A DNA stretch of 63,410 nucleotides, counting the filler, from Folioceros fuciformis (Eukaryota): the NCBI GenBank assembly GCA_049999805.1. It is 11 parts of 11 records of this genome, joined end to end, with 100 filler letters (N's around TTAATTAATTAA, not from the genome) between each part and the next. Parts side by side here need not be neighbours in the genome. Positions count along the whole stretch, not along the records: positions 22,753 to 39,187 come from JBNGIO010002156.1; 10 more parts are not named here. One strand, written 5' to 3'. This document shows positions 24,571 to 39,287 of this stretch, piece after piece. The translations under genes and the position numbers were made by a program. Under the pieces are notes generated by a model, which did not search any database, had not been told where the DNA came from, and saw nothing but the letters and a program-made list of their open reading frames with translations. How positions within the stretch are numbered: position 1 is the stretch's first letter; each line of letters begins with the position of its first letter.

Positions 24571-26680
24571 ATCATCACTTCCCCCCCTTAATCTGCTGAC
24601 TATCTTTCGTTGGCAAGACAGATTAACGAAATTTGCACCAAAATTCATCACTTGAACACGTTCCAATACATGCTTACCACACTGCCCTTCACAATGTATC
24701 AACTGCCACGCACATTGGATAAAACCATTGCCCCTAAGGCACTCCTTCTAGTGGAGGCACCCATCATTGCACCTATCACACATCAAGATGCAATGATCCT
24801 TTCCAAGGTCTCCACAGCCTGTGCAAGCAAATTCCTTTCTTGGTACAAAATTTTGCACATCAATTATTGGATTTAAAAGTAGGGTAAATGACATGGTGCA
24901 CAATTTTTCATGTGTTCCAAACAAGTTGTACCATCTCTTTCCTCCAATTCCAAAACTCCATTCAACTTCACACTTCACTTTAATATTATTCTACTTGTTG
25001 TTATATCAATTGTTATTATTGTCTTCCTCTGCAAATATACATAATCTCCCACTTCAAAAAATTTCACCTTAAGTCTGAAATTCCCACTCCTTGCTTTCCT
25101 ATACCTCAATTCATCCCTATGTTGAGCTATTAACAAGTTATCCATTGCCATGGGCATGATTCTCTTAAACAACTATGCCCTATGTGTAACTATCTTCAGC
25201 CACTTATTAGGATTATCCAACTCCACTATAACATTCACCTTGTCTTCCAACATCCCAGATAATTGTGGCCTCCGCACAAACAACAACATGTATAGTGAAA
25301 ACTTTCCCGATGATGCTTGGCTGCTCATCCTATAACCCATTGCAAGAAATGGTAACATCCTATCCCACTCGCTCTTGTCTATTACCAAACAATACTTTTT
25401 CAAAGCCCTCTTACATGTTTGTACCATTCTCTCCGCCAAATCATCAGTCTCTAGATGATTCTTTGAAGTAACCTTATGATCAATAAGATACTCATTTAAC
25501 AATTCATCAAAATCTCTTATAAACTTAGTACCTTGATCTATCAAAACTATCCACTTAGAGAGATGTTCTATCATTACCAACACGTATGTAAAACCTCTAC
25601 GCGTGACTAGTAACTCTCCAGCCAAATCCAAACTCCACCTATAAAACATCCCCCCAATAGGCAATGGATGAAGCTGACAAGTTTTGCCTGAAAAACTCGC
25701 TTTCACCCTGTCACAAATCTCACAAGTAGACACCAGCTTCTCTACCACCTCCATCATTTTTTTCCAATAATAATTGTTTATGAGCAAACTCAGTGTCCTT
25801 TTTGTACCAAAATGTCCTAACTCTACATGAATCTTTTTTGTTAAATTCATCCTTTCTTCTAGTCTTAGCACCACCTTCATGTTTTCCCTAAACAATAACT
25901 TATTATCAACCCATACATACCTTCTACTTCAATTTGTCACTCTATCATTCTCCCTTACCGTCAATGTCTCCTGATTCCTACCCGTCATCACCCGCTCCAA
26001 TGTATTCTTGTCTTCCCAAACTCCACCATCGCCGAAGAAACTCCTAACCCCACCAAATTCACCAAGTATGCACTCGGTGTCCGTCTGGACACCACCAAGT
26101 TACACTCAACCACGTCATCTTGATCAAAATCCTGCCTGGCGACTGTTGAGTCTTTCGCACTTCCCAACGGATTCCTTGATAACACATCTGCATTAGCATG
26201 TTTCACTCCTGCCCTATGCTCAAAAGAAACATTATACTCCTGTAAAATGAGCGCCCACCTTGTTAATTTTCCTGTCAATTTTTCACTTTTCATCAACCAC
26301 TTCAAAGGTTGATGATTTGTCACCAACCCAAACTGAGTACCATACAAACAAGGCCTAAAATACGATACTACCCATACTATCGCCAAACATTCTCCATGAT
26401 GTGAGAAATAATTACTCTCAGCAAAATTGTTACTCCTACTTGCATATGCTATCACATGCTTCACTCCATTTTCATCATCTTGCGCCAACATTGCCCCAAA
26501 CCAAGCTTGCTCCAATCAGTATATAACTTAAACTTTCTATCAAAATTGGGTCTCCTCAGCAAAGGCTTGCTCATCAGAATGTTTTTTTATCCCCTTTAAT
26601 GCGCTCTGTTGATCTTCTCCCCAAACCCACACTGCGTCCTTTTTCAGCAACATTGTCATAGGTTTCACCACCACACTGCC
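24571..26680 (-). mobile_element. Ty3/gypsy pol remnant: RT-RNaseH, integrase, C-terminal PHD finger, then PPT and 3' LTR start
   Basis: RNaseH VIAYASRSNN..GECLAIVW..TNHQPLKWLM..RWALILQEY; integrase HVELGHFG..CEIC, DQGTKF, AERMVQTCK; QHRDELRY; HMKNCAPCHLP; CTGC..ILMCDRCNDG..PPLEGVP*GQWFYPMC. PPT AAGGGGGGGAAGTGA (~24575-24589) followed by TG. Confidence 0.88.
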
Positions 26681-26739
26681 ATCAAGAGTTTATGCAAGTT
26701 TTCTCGCTCCTAGTCAAGAATTTACACAAACCTCTCTCG

Positions 26740-27135
26740 CCCTCTCCTCCACAAAAGCCGAGTATAAATCCTGCATTGTGATAACATGTTAGCCTTGGCT
26801 TTGGTTGCAAATCCCAAGTTCCATGCTAGGACAAAGCACATTGAGATTCAACATCACTATGTATGGGAAGTAGTTGAGCGGGGCATAGTCAAGTCTACCT
26901 ACATCTCAATGAAGGACAACGCCGCGAACATATTGACCAAGGGTCTACCCAAGCTACGCCACTACCAGCACATGCTTAAGCTATGCCCGCTTGACTTCTC
27001 ACCCCAATTTGCCGTAGCCTGAGGCAGAAGAGAAGACTTAGCCTTTAGAGGAAGTGCGCCGCATAGGAGTGTCGCTCTCCATAGGAGATAGTCTCCACTA
27101 CTGGCCAGGTTACGCTCACCTTAAGAGAGAGTATT
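26740..27135 (+). mobile_element. Ty1/copia RNase H 3' fragment with degenerate PPT
   Basis: SSTKAEY, ANPKFHARTKHIEIQHHYV, ANILTKGL; purine tract ttaagagagagta at ~27121-27133. Confidence 0.85.
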
Positions 27136-27541
27136 GCGAAACAGTTAATCTGCCCATAATGCTGCCTGTAACCCTGCCCGTAATCTAGTTACCGTTAATA
27201 GGATTAGGTCACTACGAAAGGGTGTGCCTCTTCATGAATGGACACCTTGCACCACCTTAAAACACACCTTGTGTACCTTCTGCACCACCTTAAAACACAC
27301 CTTGTGTACCTTTTGTTTAATTAATTAACGAAGAACATATCTTGTGTAGCATCGTGGGTTAGATGCATGCTACACAATCCTATTGTTAAGATCGATAACC
27401 GATCTCAAAAGCCATGATTGGGTATAGGTAGATTGCTGATGTGCATAGGTAGTCTCGTGGTGCATGGAATGATACTCCTTTATTTTCTGCATATTGTTTA
27501 TCCTAAAATGGTTTGTCATCTAGATAAAAATAAAAATAAAT

Positions 27542-27597
27542 TGTAGAATAATACCTTGCCACTACACAGACCTGGGTTCCATTCCCGGGCCGGTGCA
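27542..27597 (+). pseudogene. 5'-truncated, mutated tRNA-Gly(GCC) fragment
   Basis: tgtagaataataccttGCCactacacagacctgggttccattcccgggccggtgca aligns with the 3' two-thirds of plant tRNA-Gly-GCC (..GTAGAATAGTACCCTGCCACGGTACAGACCCGGGTTCGATTCCCGGCTGGTGCA). The acceptor 5' strand is missing and the B-box is mutated. Confidence 0.8.
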
Positions 27598-27615
27598 TTG
27601 GGAACAGGGCGTTGC

Positions 27616-27760
27616 TTTTTTCCTCTTTTCTCCACTAGTGGTTTCGTCCGGTTTTTTCCTCTTTGCTCCACTAGTGATTTCGTCCGGTTTTTTCCTCTTT
27701 GCTCCACTAGTGGTTTCGTCCGGTTTTTTCCTCTTTGCTCCACTACTGGTTTCGTCCGGT
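27616..27760. repeat. 36-bp tandem repeat, 4 copies
   Basis: ccactagtggtttcgtccggttttttcctctttgct starting at 27632, 27668, 27704 and 27740. Confidence 0.92.
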
Positions 27761-28854
27761 ATCACAACGGAGGCACTCATCGTCTCTTCAAGACGAGCAG
27801 CAAGTTGCGAAACATCTTCAAACCGGAGTGGTCGTCGACAACAGCTCTTTCTCCAGAAGTACATTGCGAAACGTGGACTACCCTGAGGGCCCGAGGGAGA
27901 CTAGAAAGAGCCTGATTAGTTAGACGAGATCGCAGTTAGAAGAAGGCGATCACTAGAGCACTGCTGGAGGACAGGTTTCAAGAAAAAAATTGCTGAAAGG
28001 ATTGAAAAATATTGAGGGAGAACCGTAGTCTTTACTCAAATCTAACACTCCTTTATTACAACAAGACCTGTTAACCAATGAACCCAGACATCCTGAGCGA
28101 GGGACTGGCTGCAGCATGTCAGCAAGATAGCACACTCTCATTGGACAAGGTCGCCTGCTCAAGCCATGCAGTAAGAGCATGGAGTTTTTGGCTTGTGGAC
28201 ATGGTGTGTCCTATCATAAGTTTTCCACAACGTCGCTATGGCACAAAAACCTGATGAACTAGGAGAAAACCAAGATAGCGTGCGCACAAGGTCGCAAAAA
28301 CTTCTCCGTGTAAGAGGTAGCTCAATGTAAAGGGGTTCTCCATCTGCCTTTCCGGCTCTGCAATTCTGTTCTCAGACCTTCCTGAATTCATAGGAATCTC
28401 TCTATTGTCCAGCAATACAATGGCTATGACCACCAGAGGTCTCCAAGTGCGTCAACTGGCTCAAATCTGAACCCTATCTAATTCCCCCGTGCATACCCCG
28501 TATCAGATAAGAGAATTCTTGATCACCTGTACATACTGTGCTAATGTCCTTCCAAGATACACTGGTCGTGTGCCACTTTCCAACTCAATATATGCTATAG
28601 ATTCACGTCGTTGCATGACCTGCTCAGTCCCCCTGGGTCCAAAATCTGAAGCTAATGTGGCTTCCTTCCCATAATGGCAGATACAACAGATATGGCTTCA
28701 CTCCAGAAAACATGATACGATGAAATCGCATTAAAATTCAGTCCGACCAATGTGCAAATATATTGCCAATTGATCTTGCACTGGCAACAGTACTTGATAA
28801 TGGTCTGACTCACTGACAAGAGAAGAAAATGAAGTCGCCAAAACCAATCAGCAG

Positions 28855-31820
<2,966 letters not shown>

Positions 31821-34800
31821 TGCATTCCGGCCCTACCTGGGACCAGTCGTCGTCACTACACACGCGAGCCTCCAGCAGAAGTGGAGCGCACTTCGGATGT
31901 GCACAGTACCCTCCCCAGTCGCTGATACCTGCTGTAACCCACTTCAGCACTTCCCATTCCTGGACGCCATCCTGCACAGTACCTAAGTCCTAATCTACGC
32001 AACTCCATCCTGTACACCGGAGCAGCAGCATTGTGCCACTTCCGCCAAGTGGGTAACCACCCCGATCTCCACAAGCGGGCACCAATCCGATCCCCTGGGC
32101 CGCGTACCGACTCACTCCTGCTGCTGTCGTCCTCTCGAGAGCAAGTGTCTCAGCAACCTGCCAACCAAATCAGCCAGATTTCCCTACCGTTGAGGCCAGC
32201 CAGTTTGCCAACAAAACGCGCACTGGGCACCTCAACGCACTCAGTCAGCTGTTGCAAGGACACCAAAACGCTCGGTGAAGATGCCCGTCCCTGCACGACA
32301 GCTTCCTAATATGCCGGCGTGACCCTCCTACATACTGGCCACCTCCAAGCTTCCGAAGCCTTGCAAGCCTGCTATTCCGTCTGCAGCGGTACTAACCCGC
32401 GTAGACAAACCCTAGGCAAGACGAAATCTGAGCCCCGCACAGCAAGAGCTCAACCGAAAGAAAAGCGTAAGACGGCGTAGCAACCAAAGAAGCGACAGCT
32501 CCACCAGCCAGCAACCCAGTTGGATCCCAGGTTCCACCAACAGAGTCCTTGCGGACACTCGACCTCTCCTCCCTCCACCTGCCAGTACTGGAACGCTTTT
32601 TCTCTACAATCAGTGCATCAAAATCCTCCTTCCCTTCACTTCCCTCCCCGTCCCGATGCCGCGACCTCCCCCACTCACAGGCCCCGGGCGCATCTAATTC
32701 CCACCTCCTCTTGGGGGTCGACAGCCCCGCTGCTGACCAGGGAAGAGACTGCCTTCGACCCTGCTTCAGGAACCCAACCCTCCGCCGCCGGATCTGAAGA
32801 CCAGTGCCCGCACCCTCGAAGGAGCCAGAAGCTCGAACCCAGCAGGGACGCGCGCTCCAGAAATGCGCCACAAAACGGAAGCTGCCCCAACGGAAATGCG
32901 AAGGGATGAGGCTGGCCCAGGCAATGGGTGGCCCGAGGTGGGAAGAGAGAGATGGCAGCGGACAGCAGAGACGGCGAGGGGGAACCGGGAGAGGGAAAGG
33001 GCGAGGGCGAGGAGACGAGGGAAAAGGGAGGGGCAGGGAGCGGAGGTGAGGCGAGCGGAAGCAGCCCACACAGGCACACACAGACAGTGCACAATGGCCA
33101 GGCCAGGCCAGACCAGGCCAGGCCAGGCCAGACCAGGCCAGGGAGAGTAATTTCCACGCGCTTCACCACTGCCCACAGCTTGTGTAAACAACTCTGCCTT
33201 GTAGAATGTCGTTAAAACCGTGTTCCTTCTGCTTTTCCGTTTGACCTGGTTCATTCGCCATCTGATCTCATGTCCTCCCCTTACCAGCAGCCCACGAGTC
33301 CACAACAACCTAACAACCCGATTATGTGGTCGGATTAACGCAGGTCACACTCCTCGGACACCCAGCCAGAGGCTCACACGCTTTACGTCGTCTCAATTCC
33401 ATGATTCCCTTCCCTTTAATTCCTAATTACTTTTCCAAAGCTGACTAAACTACATCTAATGACTCCAGGTCTCACTCGACCAAGCTATGCAGCTGGCTGG
33501 ATGGCTTTGCTGGCTGGCCTTGCTGGCTGGCTGGCTGGCTTTACCCATCCCATCCCATCACCTTGCAGGACTCGCTACATCTCCTGGCAGCTTAAACACA
33601 AGCTGAGATAGATGACATGCAAAGATACACATTCCTCAACCTAGTTATATAGTATTTGTCCCCAAAATTAGCCCTTCATAGCCAAGTAGAGTTCCTCAAA
33701 GCTTTCACTTCATCTCCTATCCTAACCAAGGTATCTCACATTCCAACCAACTAAGCTCTTCTTCTCATCCCCATTTCAACATCCTTCAAACTGTTTAGTG
33801 CATAGTGCAGTGAAGTATGTTTAGTGCATAGTGCAGTGAAGTATCACAGCGAGTGTTAGCATTTTTCTTCATCTTCATCTTAACATGCTCTTGTACCACC
33901 TTGTCAGATAGAAGATTTTATTCAAAAAAGATTATACTGATATAAAATATTAATTTCCAAGCGAGCATATTTGAACATGACAGAACTGAACCCAGAAGAT
34001 CCAACATATCAACTTTTACATTTTGTAGATAAAAAAGGATATAAAACAAAGCGAGCTGGCGCAAGAAATGTGTCAAGGAGAAAGGCGGGGGGATTAGAAC
34101 GCGGTTGGGGTTGGTGCGGAGTGATGATGCAGCATCGATGCGAAGCGGGACGCGGGTTTGGTTTGGGGCGGGGCCGGCGTGCGCGGCGCAGTGCGGGAGC
34201 CTTTATTATTGGGTACTGCCTGGAAGGCGTGGCCGGCTGCGATTGCGGGCCTCGGCCGGAGCCCCGATTATCAGGCGCAGGCATCGCGTTCAATCAATGC
34301 GACGCTCTGTGACGCTGTAACCCTTTCCTCGCCCGTTCTGTCCCAAGGCGCCATGGAACGAGGCCCAGGCCCGTGCCCGGGAATTGAACCGCCTCCATCA
34401 ATTCCTCGCCGTCTGCCCTGGTCCTGTGCCTCGCCTTCCGTCGCCTTCCCGCGCCTAATGGAGGAGTCTCTGGACCCTGCCGTGTCTCCCTACCCCAGTC
34501 CTCCGACACCCGTTGCCCCCGTTGCCCCGCTGGAAAGCCCTAATCGACGTGCCGCGTCCTGTGGGAGAGGGCGACGAAGGAAGACCGGGGACGGACTGGA
34601 GAGAGGGGCGACCTTGAGAGAAACAAGCCTGCGTGTGGTGGTGTCTGTGTGTGCGTGTACGGAGAATACTGGAGGATACGCAATTGCAAGCGGAGGGGTG
34701 AAAGAGTCCTAGGATGAGGGCCCGGGCGTTCTCTGTGCGTGGGAGGTTGTTGAGGCTTACGCATGGTTGCATGGATGCTTATTCTGATGAGGACTGCCGA

Positions 34801-34950
34801 CTATTGCGACGTTGTGAAATTCGATAGATCGGCTTCAAGGTTTTTCAGAACAAGATCCCTCTTTGACAAGGATGTATGGGGCTAACTCCACAAAAGTTAC
34901 AACCCCGCTGTGTAGGAGCACACAAATCTCTCACTCCAGGCCATTCTTAC

Positions 34951-35078
34951 TCCTCGGGGAAGGAAGAGCTCGCAGGAGTAGAGGGATTGACCATTCTTAT
35001 GACTTGAAGAAGGCAGCAGCTTGCAGGAGTAGAGGGATTGACCATTCTTACGACGTGAAGAAGGCAGCAGCTCGCAGC
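34951..35078. repeat. 51-bp direct tandem repeat (~2.4 copies)
   Basis: gcaggagtagagggattgaccattctta.gac.tgaagaaggcagcagct at 34972 and 35023. Confidence 0.85.
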
Positions 35079-36620
35079 GCATGAGGACTCTAGAGTGATG
35101 AGACACCTAGGACCATGAACTGTAAGGGGAGAAATAGTAACAAAGGTGGTACAGTAAAAAAACATGCAGATAAAAAAAGACTAAAATAATAAAGGTGAGA
35201 GACGGTGGAAAGGCACAGTTGCGTGTCACGGCTGGCGCTTTCCTTTCCACCGATGCGGAGGGTAGGGCGAGGCGAGCGGGGGTGGAAAGGACTGGCGGGA
35301 TTTAAAAACACATCAGAAGCCAGCAGAGTGCATGGAAAAGAAGAAAAGCTGGGACACATCGAGCCACACGACGGCGGGAGACTTGGACGACGTTGCAGCA
35401 TGCCAAGTGTCCCCCGCTGTGTGCGCGCTGTATTTCGCTGTGGGGCCGCGCTCTCCATGTTCATGCCATGCTGCCATGGCAGCAGCAGGAGGAAGGGGAG
35501 CAGCAGCGGCAGGAGGAGGAGGATCCGGTACGATGATTCCACCACTCTCGCTTGCCTTCAAATGGCTTGGCCTTGTAGAATGAGCTGCCTCGCCGACGGG
35601 GCGAGGCTTGCACAGACAGACAGATACACGTTAGGGCAGGATACCGCATGGTGCACGGGCAGCACAAGCAACGGCTTTACTTTTCCCTCCTCCTATTGGA
35701 CCGTTGGCAGGCATGTGAAGACTGTAAGCCAGGTAAGAATGTGTACCTGTTGTAGATAGAGGTGGTCGGCCTAGAACTACAGATCTGAAAGTAATCCTGT
35801 TTGCAGATGGCCGGCGCTATCCAGTTGTACCTGAACCTATTGGACTTCTGTCTACCCTGGCACCAGCGCAGGCTTGACTGGCAAGGGCATGGTTTGAGAA
35901 TCTCCTTGTGACTGGCTTCTGGAGAAGTAGAGCTTGACCCATATATCATGCTGGAAAGCCCTGGGAAGACTGATGAAGACGAAACTATGCAAGGGAGGCT
36001 ACGCTGTTGGGTCGTGCTCTCAGGCTTGGCGAACCCTGTTCATCTCCAGCTTCCTTGGCAACCTACAGGGGAGGATGGGCCCCGCCCACCAGCAACATGA
36101 GTGTTGGCCCCGGTCCAGTCTCCCAGGGCCTACGCGCTGGACCTGGGCACATGGACAGGGCTCACCGCAGGCAAAGCTGGACCCACTGGTGGGGATTCGC
36201 ACCCTCCGCGGAGACAATGCAAGTCCTGTGGCTTCACGAGGCTTAAATCTAGCATGGAGAGACGTTGTATCAGACCCCGAGAAGTTGACTATGCTCGCCT
36301 GGGAGGAGGCCGCTGAGATTGACGTCTTTACATGGAATCTGGCTTGGAGAAATGAGCCAACACAAACAGTCCTGATAACTAGGAAAGCTCGAGGGTGGAA
36401 CTGTTCGCCAGCCGATAACTTAACTGCTGAGGCCGGCCTGGTAGGTCATCTCTCCGTCGACGTTCTCGCTTGCCCCGTCCAGAAAATCCCGCCTCCTCTG
36501 CGAGTCTTGATCATTGACATGGTACTTCCCGATTGAAAAAAACGGGCCGGCCGCTTGCTGTGATTTGGAACAGCGCTTGTCGGTGGCCAGCGGGAGTCTC
36601 GGGGAGATGAAGTTCGCAAA

Positions 36621-39187
36621 TTACGCCGTTCGTTCCACATCAGCTGAACCTGAAGGGTCCTCAGAGTAACCCGAACCAGGTACCTGAGATCTTGAATTTA
36701 CAGGGGGAGAAGGAGACGTAGGCCCCCTTGCCAAGTGGAAAGAAGGTCTGCCCGGCAGTCTCGTCATCTCCCGAACCCCCGAAAGCAGAGCAGCCCGCTG
36801 TGGATTGAATAGCAACGAGTGTTGAGTATCCGGCTGCAGCATGTTAAATATGGCACGCAGGTCACTTCTTAGTTTCAAGCAGACTGGATTATCTGCTGTC
36901 CCATTCCCACCCCGTTGAAGAACCTGCACAACACCACAGGAAGGTGACTCAGAACTCAGACACTGGAGGGGTAGTTGGGAGTCGATCCACACCGCTGCTT
37001 GCATATACACACATCACATCTTACTGAGCTTAAGATTCCGGGTGTGATAACAGCACACATGCCAACTCGTCGACCAGGCCCGGAGGCAAACCTGTATCTC
37101 TTGAGTCAAGTGCCGCTCTACAGATGAAAAGGCATCCACAATCTCCACTTCACTCATTCTTGACAAATAGGCATTGATATCAGCTGACGTGCGAGCCAGC
37201 TTCCATGTCCTTAGTTGTTCCTGCTCAGCTACAGCACGCCGTCTTTGAAACCATGGCATGAAGTTGGGCCCCTTCAAGAAACGCCTGCAAAGTATGATTA
37301 GCTGGAACTTAGTCGAGGCCGAACCCGTTTGACAACCTCACTTCCCTAAAGTAGCTCGCATACCCAGTCCTTTTGACCAATGCAAGCATGATGCATCCCC
37401 ACCAAGTTCATCGTGCTCTGGAACACTTGCGGAATGCTGCAACTGCATACAGGCATTACGACAAGAGAGCATCAAGACACTTCACCACTTACCTGTATAG
37501 ATCAAGCCAGTTATTTCGTAGACGCTTGGAGAGGAACTTCCCAGGACCCCTTGCAGCAAGTCCTTCAATGAACTCATGGGCATCAAAAGGAGGAAGCGGT
37601 GGAGGATCAGCAAAAGGGGATGTCCCTTCCTGAGGAGTTTTCCCTCTCAAGTAAGGACCAAAAGGAGCCAAAAAGTTGGTTGTCAACTCCAAAAAGTGTC
37701 GCCGCAGTATCTCATTGTTCACAACCGCCATTGATTCCTCTGCTCTCGAATTCGTGCCCGCATCAACCAGGCGGTTGAGAACTGAAGTGTCCGGCTTGGT
37801 GGCTGCCACATAGTTTGTCCACAGAGTTTCCTTGTGTTCAGTCATGAGGGACAGAGGTCCATCTTTTCTAGTGCGGGCATTCTTGAGGAGATTGATGGGT
37901 GAAAACCTCTTCAGTGGCGACAGCTGCAATTGCAGCTGGGTCCGGGTAACCGCGTTCCTGATTCCATTCTGCGAGCTTGACCTGGAGACAGACTTCACCC
38001 GACTTACAGGGCCAGGGGCAACACCCACTGATACGACATGAGGCAGGTTCTTCAAAGCTTTCAGGAAAAATAGGTTTGTGACACCTAACAACATAGGAGG
38101 AGGTTGATCTCCTTCTTTCAAGACATTGAGGAGAGAAAAATCAGGGTCGTGAATGGTGAAGTAAGGACGGAAGTCCACACTGCACGGGAGAGGAGCTACT
38201 AGACCTACAAGGGATGCAAGAGCCTCGCAACATTGAGATGGAGTTGGCGCAACGACCAGCAGCGGCTCTCCCACCAAGAGCAGCTCCCACAGCACCCAGA
38301 GCTGCATCAAAATGCCCCTGAACATGCCAAACAGGTCAGACTCGTGGAAGATTCCCTGAGGTATGGACTTGGTCAAGGGTGCAACCGGTGCCATGGCCGA
38401 GGTGAAGTCATCCATCTGGCCTCCAGACCCAGGAGGCAGAGTATGGGCTGGAGGCAGATGAGACTTTATCACCACATTCCCCACTGGCAACTCCATCTGC
38501 CCTCCATGCACGGGGGCCGGCCATTGCGACACATAAGAAGCAATCTTCTCCAAAGCCTGTGCACCAGTGTCAAAATACAAAGGCCCCACGATCTGCACCA
38601 GGGGCTTGAAAACACATAAATAAGGCCGCTCCGATAACACAACCACCGACTTCTGCTCGCCACCTCTCTTCAACCTCTCATCCTGACGCTGCCTGTTGAA
38701 CACAAAGCCGTACAAATACCGAGGACCCCCACTCCCGGGACCTCCGCGACCTCTCTGGTAGGAACCATTCCCCTTCTCCTTCCCCACGGTGCCTTCATCC
38801 GAACCCTTTCCCTGTCCAACCTCCGCAGCCGCAAGATCGCCCTCCCTCACCCTAGGCTTGGATGGAGGAGTGGGAGGAAACAACCCCGAGCCTAGAAACC
38901 CTACACCCGAATCCTCGTCCCCTGCCAGCCTCGTTACATCACCACTAGACGCTCTCCTGGGAATCAAAACCTCAGCTGAATTCGGGCGCACCAAGGACTG
39001 CAAGGACCGGGAAGGAGACGGCGACGAGCCTTTCGTCCTGCTCTCAACCCTAGACCCCGGAGACAGCCTCCTCGCAAATCCGACGTACAAATCCTCACCA
39101 ACCCTATGCCCCCAAGAATCCTCCGAAGTATCATGCGCGGACGCAGATCGGCCGTGCCGCACGCCCATGACGTGACCAGTCCCCGGC
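36621..39187 (-). CDS. DENND6: DENN domain protein 6 (DENND6-like Rab GEF), 5'-truncated
   Basis: YLYGFVFNRQRQDERLKRGGEQKSVVVLS, LWELLLVGEP, DFRPYFTIHD, LLGVTNLFF, LRRHFLELTTNFLAPF. Introns 37285-37492 and 36924-37091; stop at 36621. Confidence 0.9.
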
Positions 39188-39287
39188 NNNNNNNNNNNNN
39201 NNNNNNNNNNNNNNNNNNNNNNNNNNNNNNNTTAATTAATTAANNNNNNNNNNNNNNNNNNNNNNNNNNNNNNNNNNNNNNNNNNNN

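Noticed and set aside
27317-27328. TTAATTAATTAA without flanking Ns
   Set aside because: Matches the linker 12-mer but lies in an AT-rich LTR-like context with no Ns; most likely a chance natural occurrence.
32392-33308. Overlapping 130-230-aa ORFs and the (GGCCA)n repeat
   Set aside because: GC-rich promoter/5' UTR of CRK; the low-complexity translations lack family motifs.
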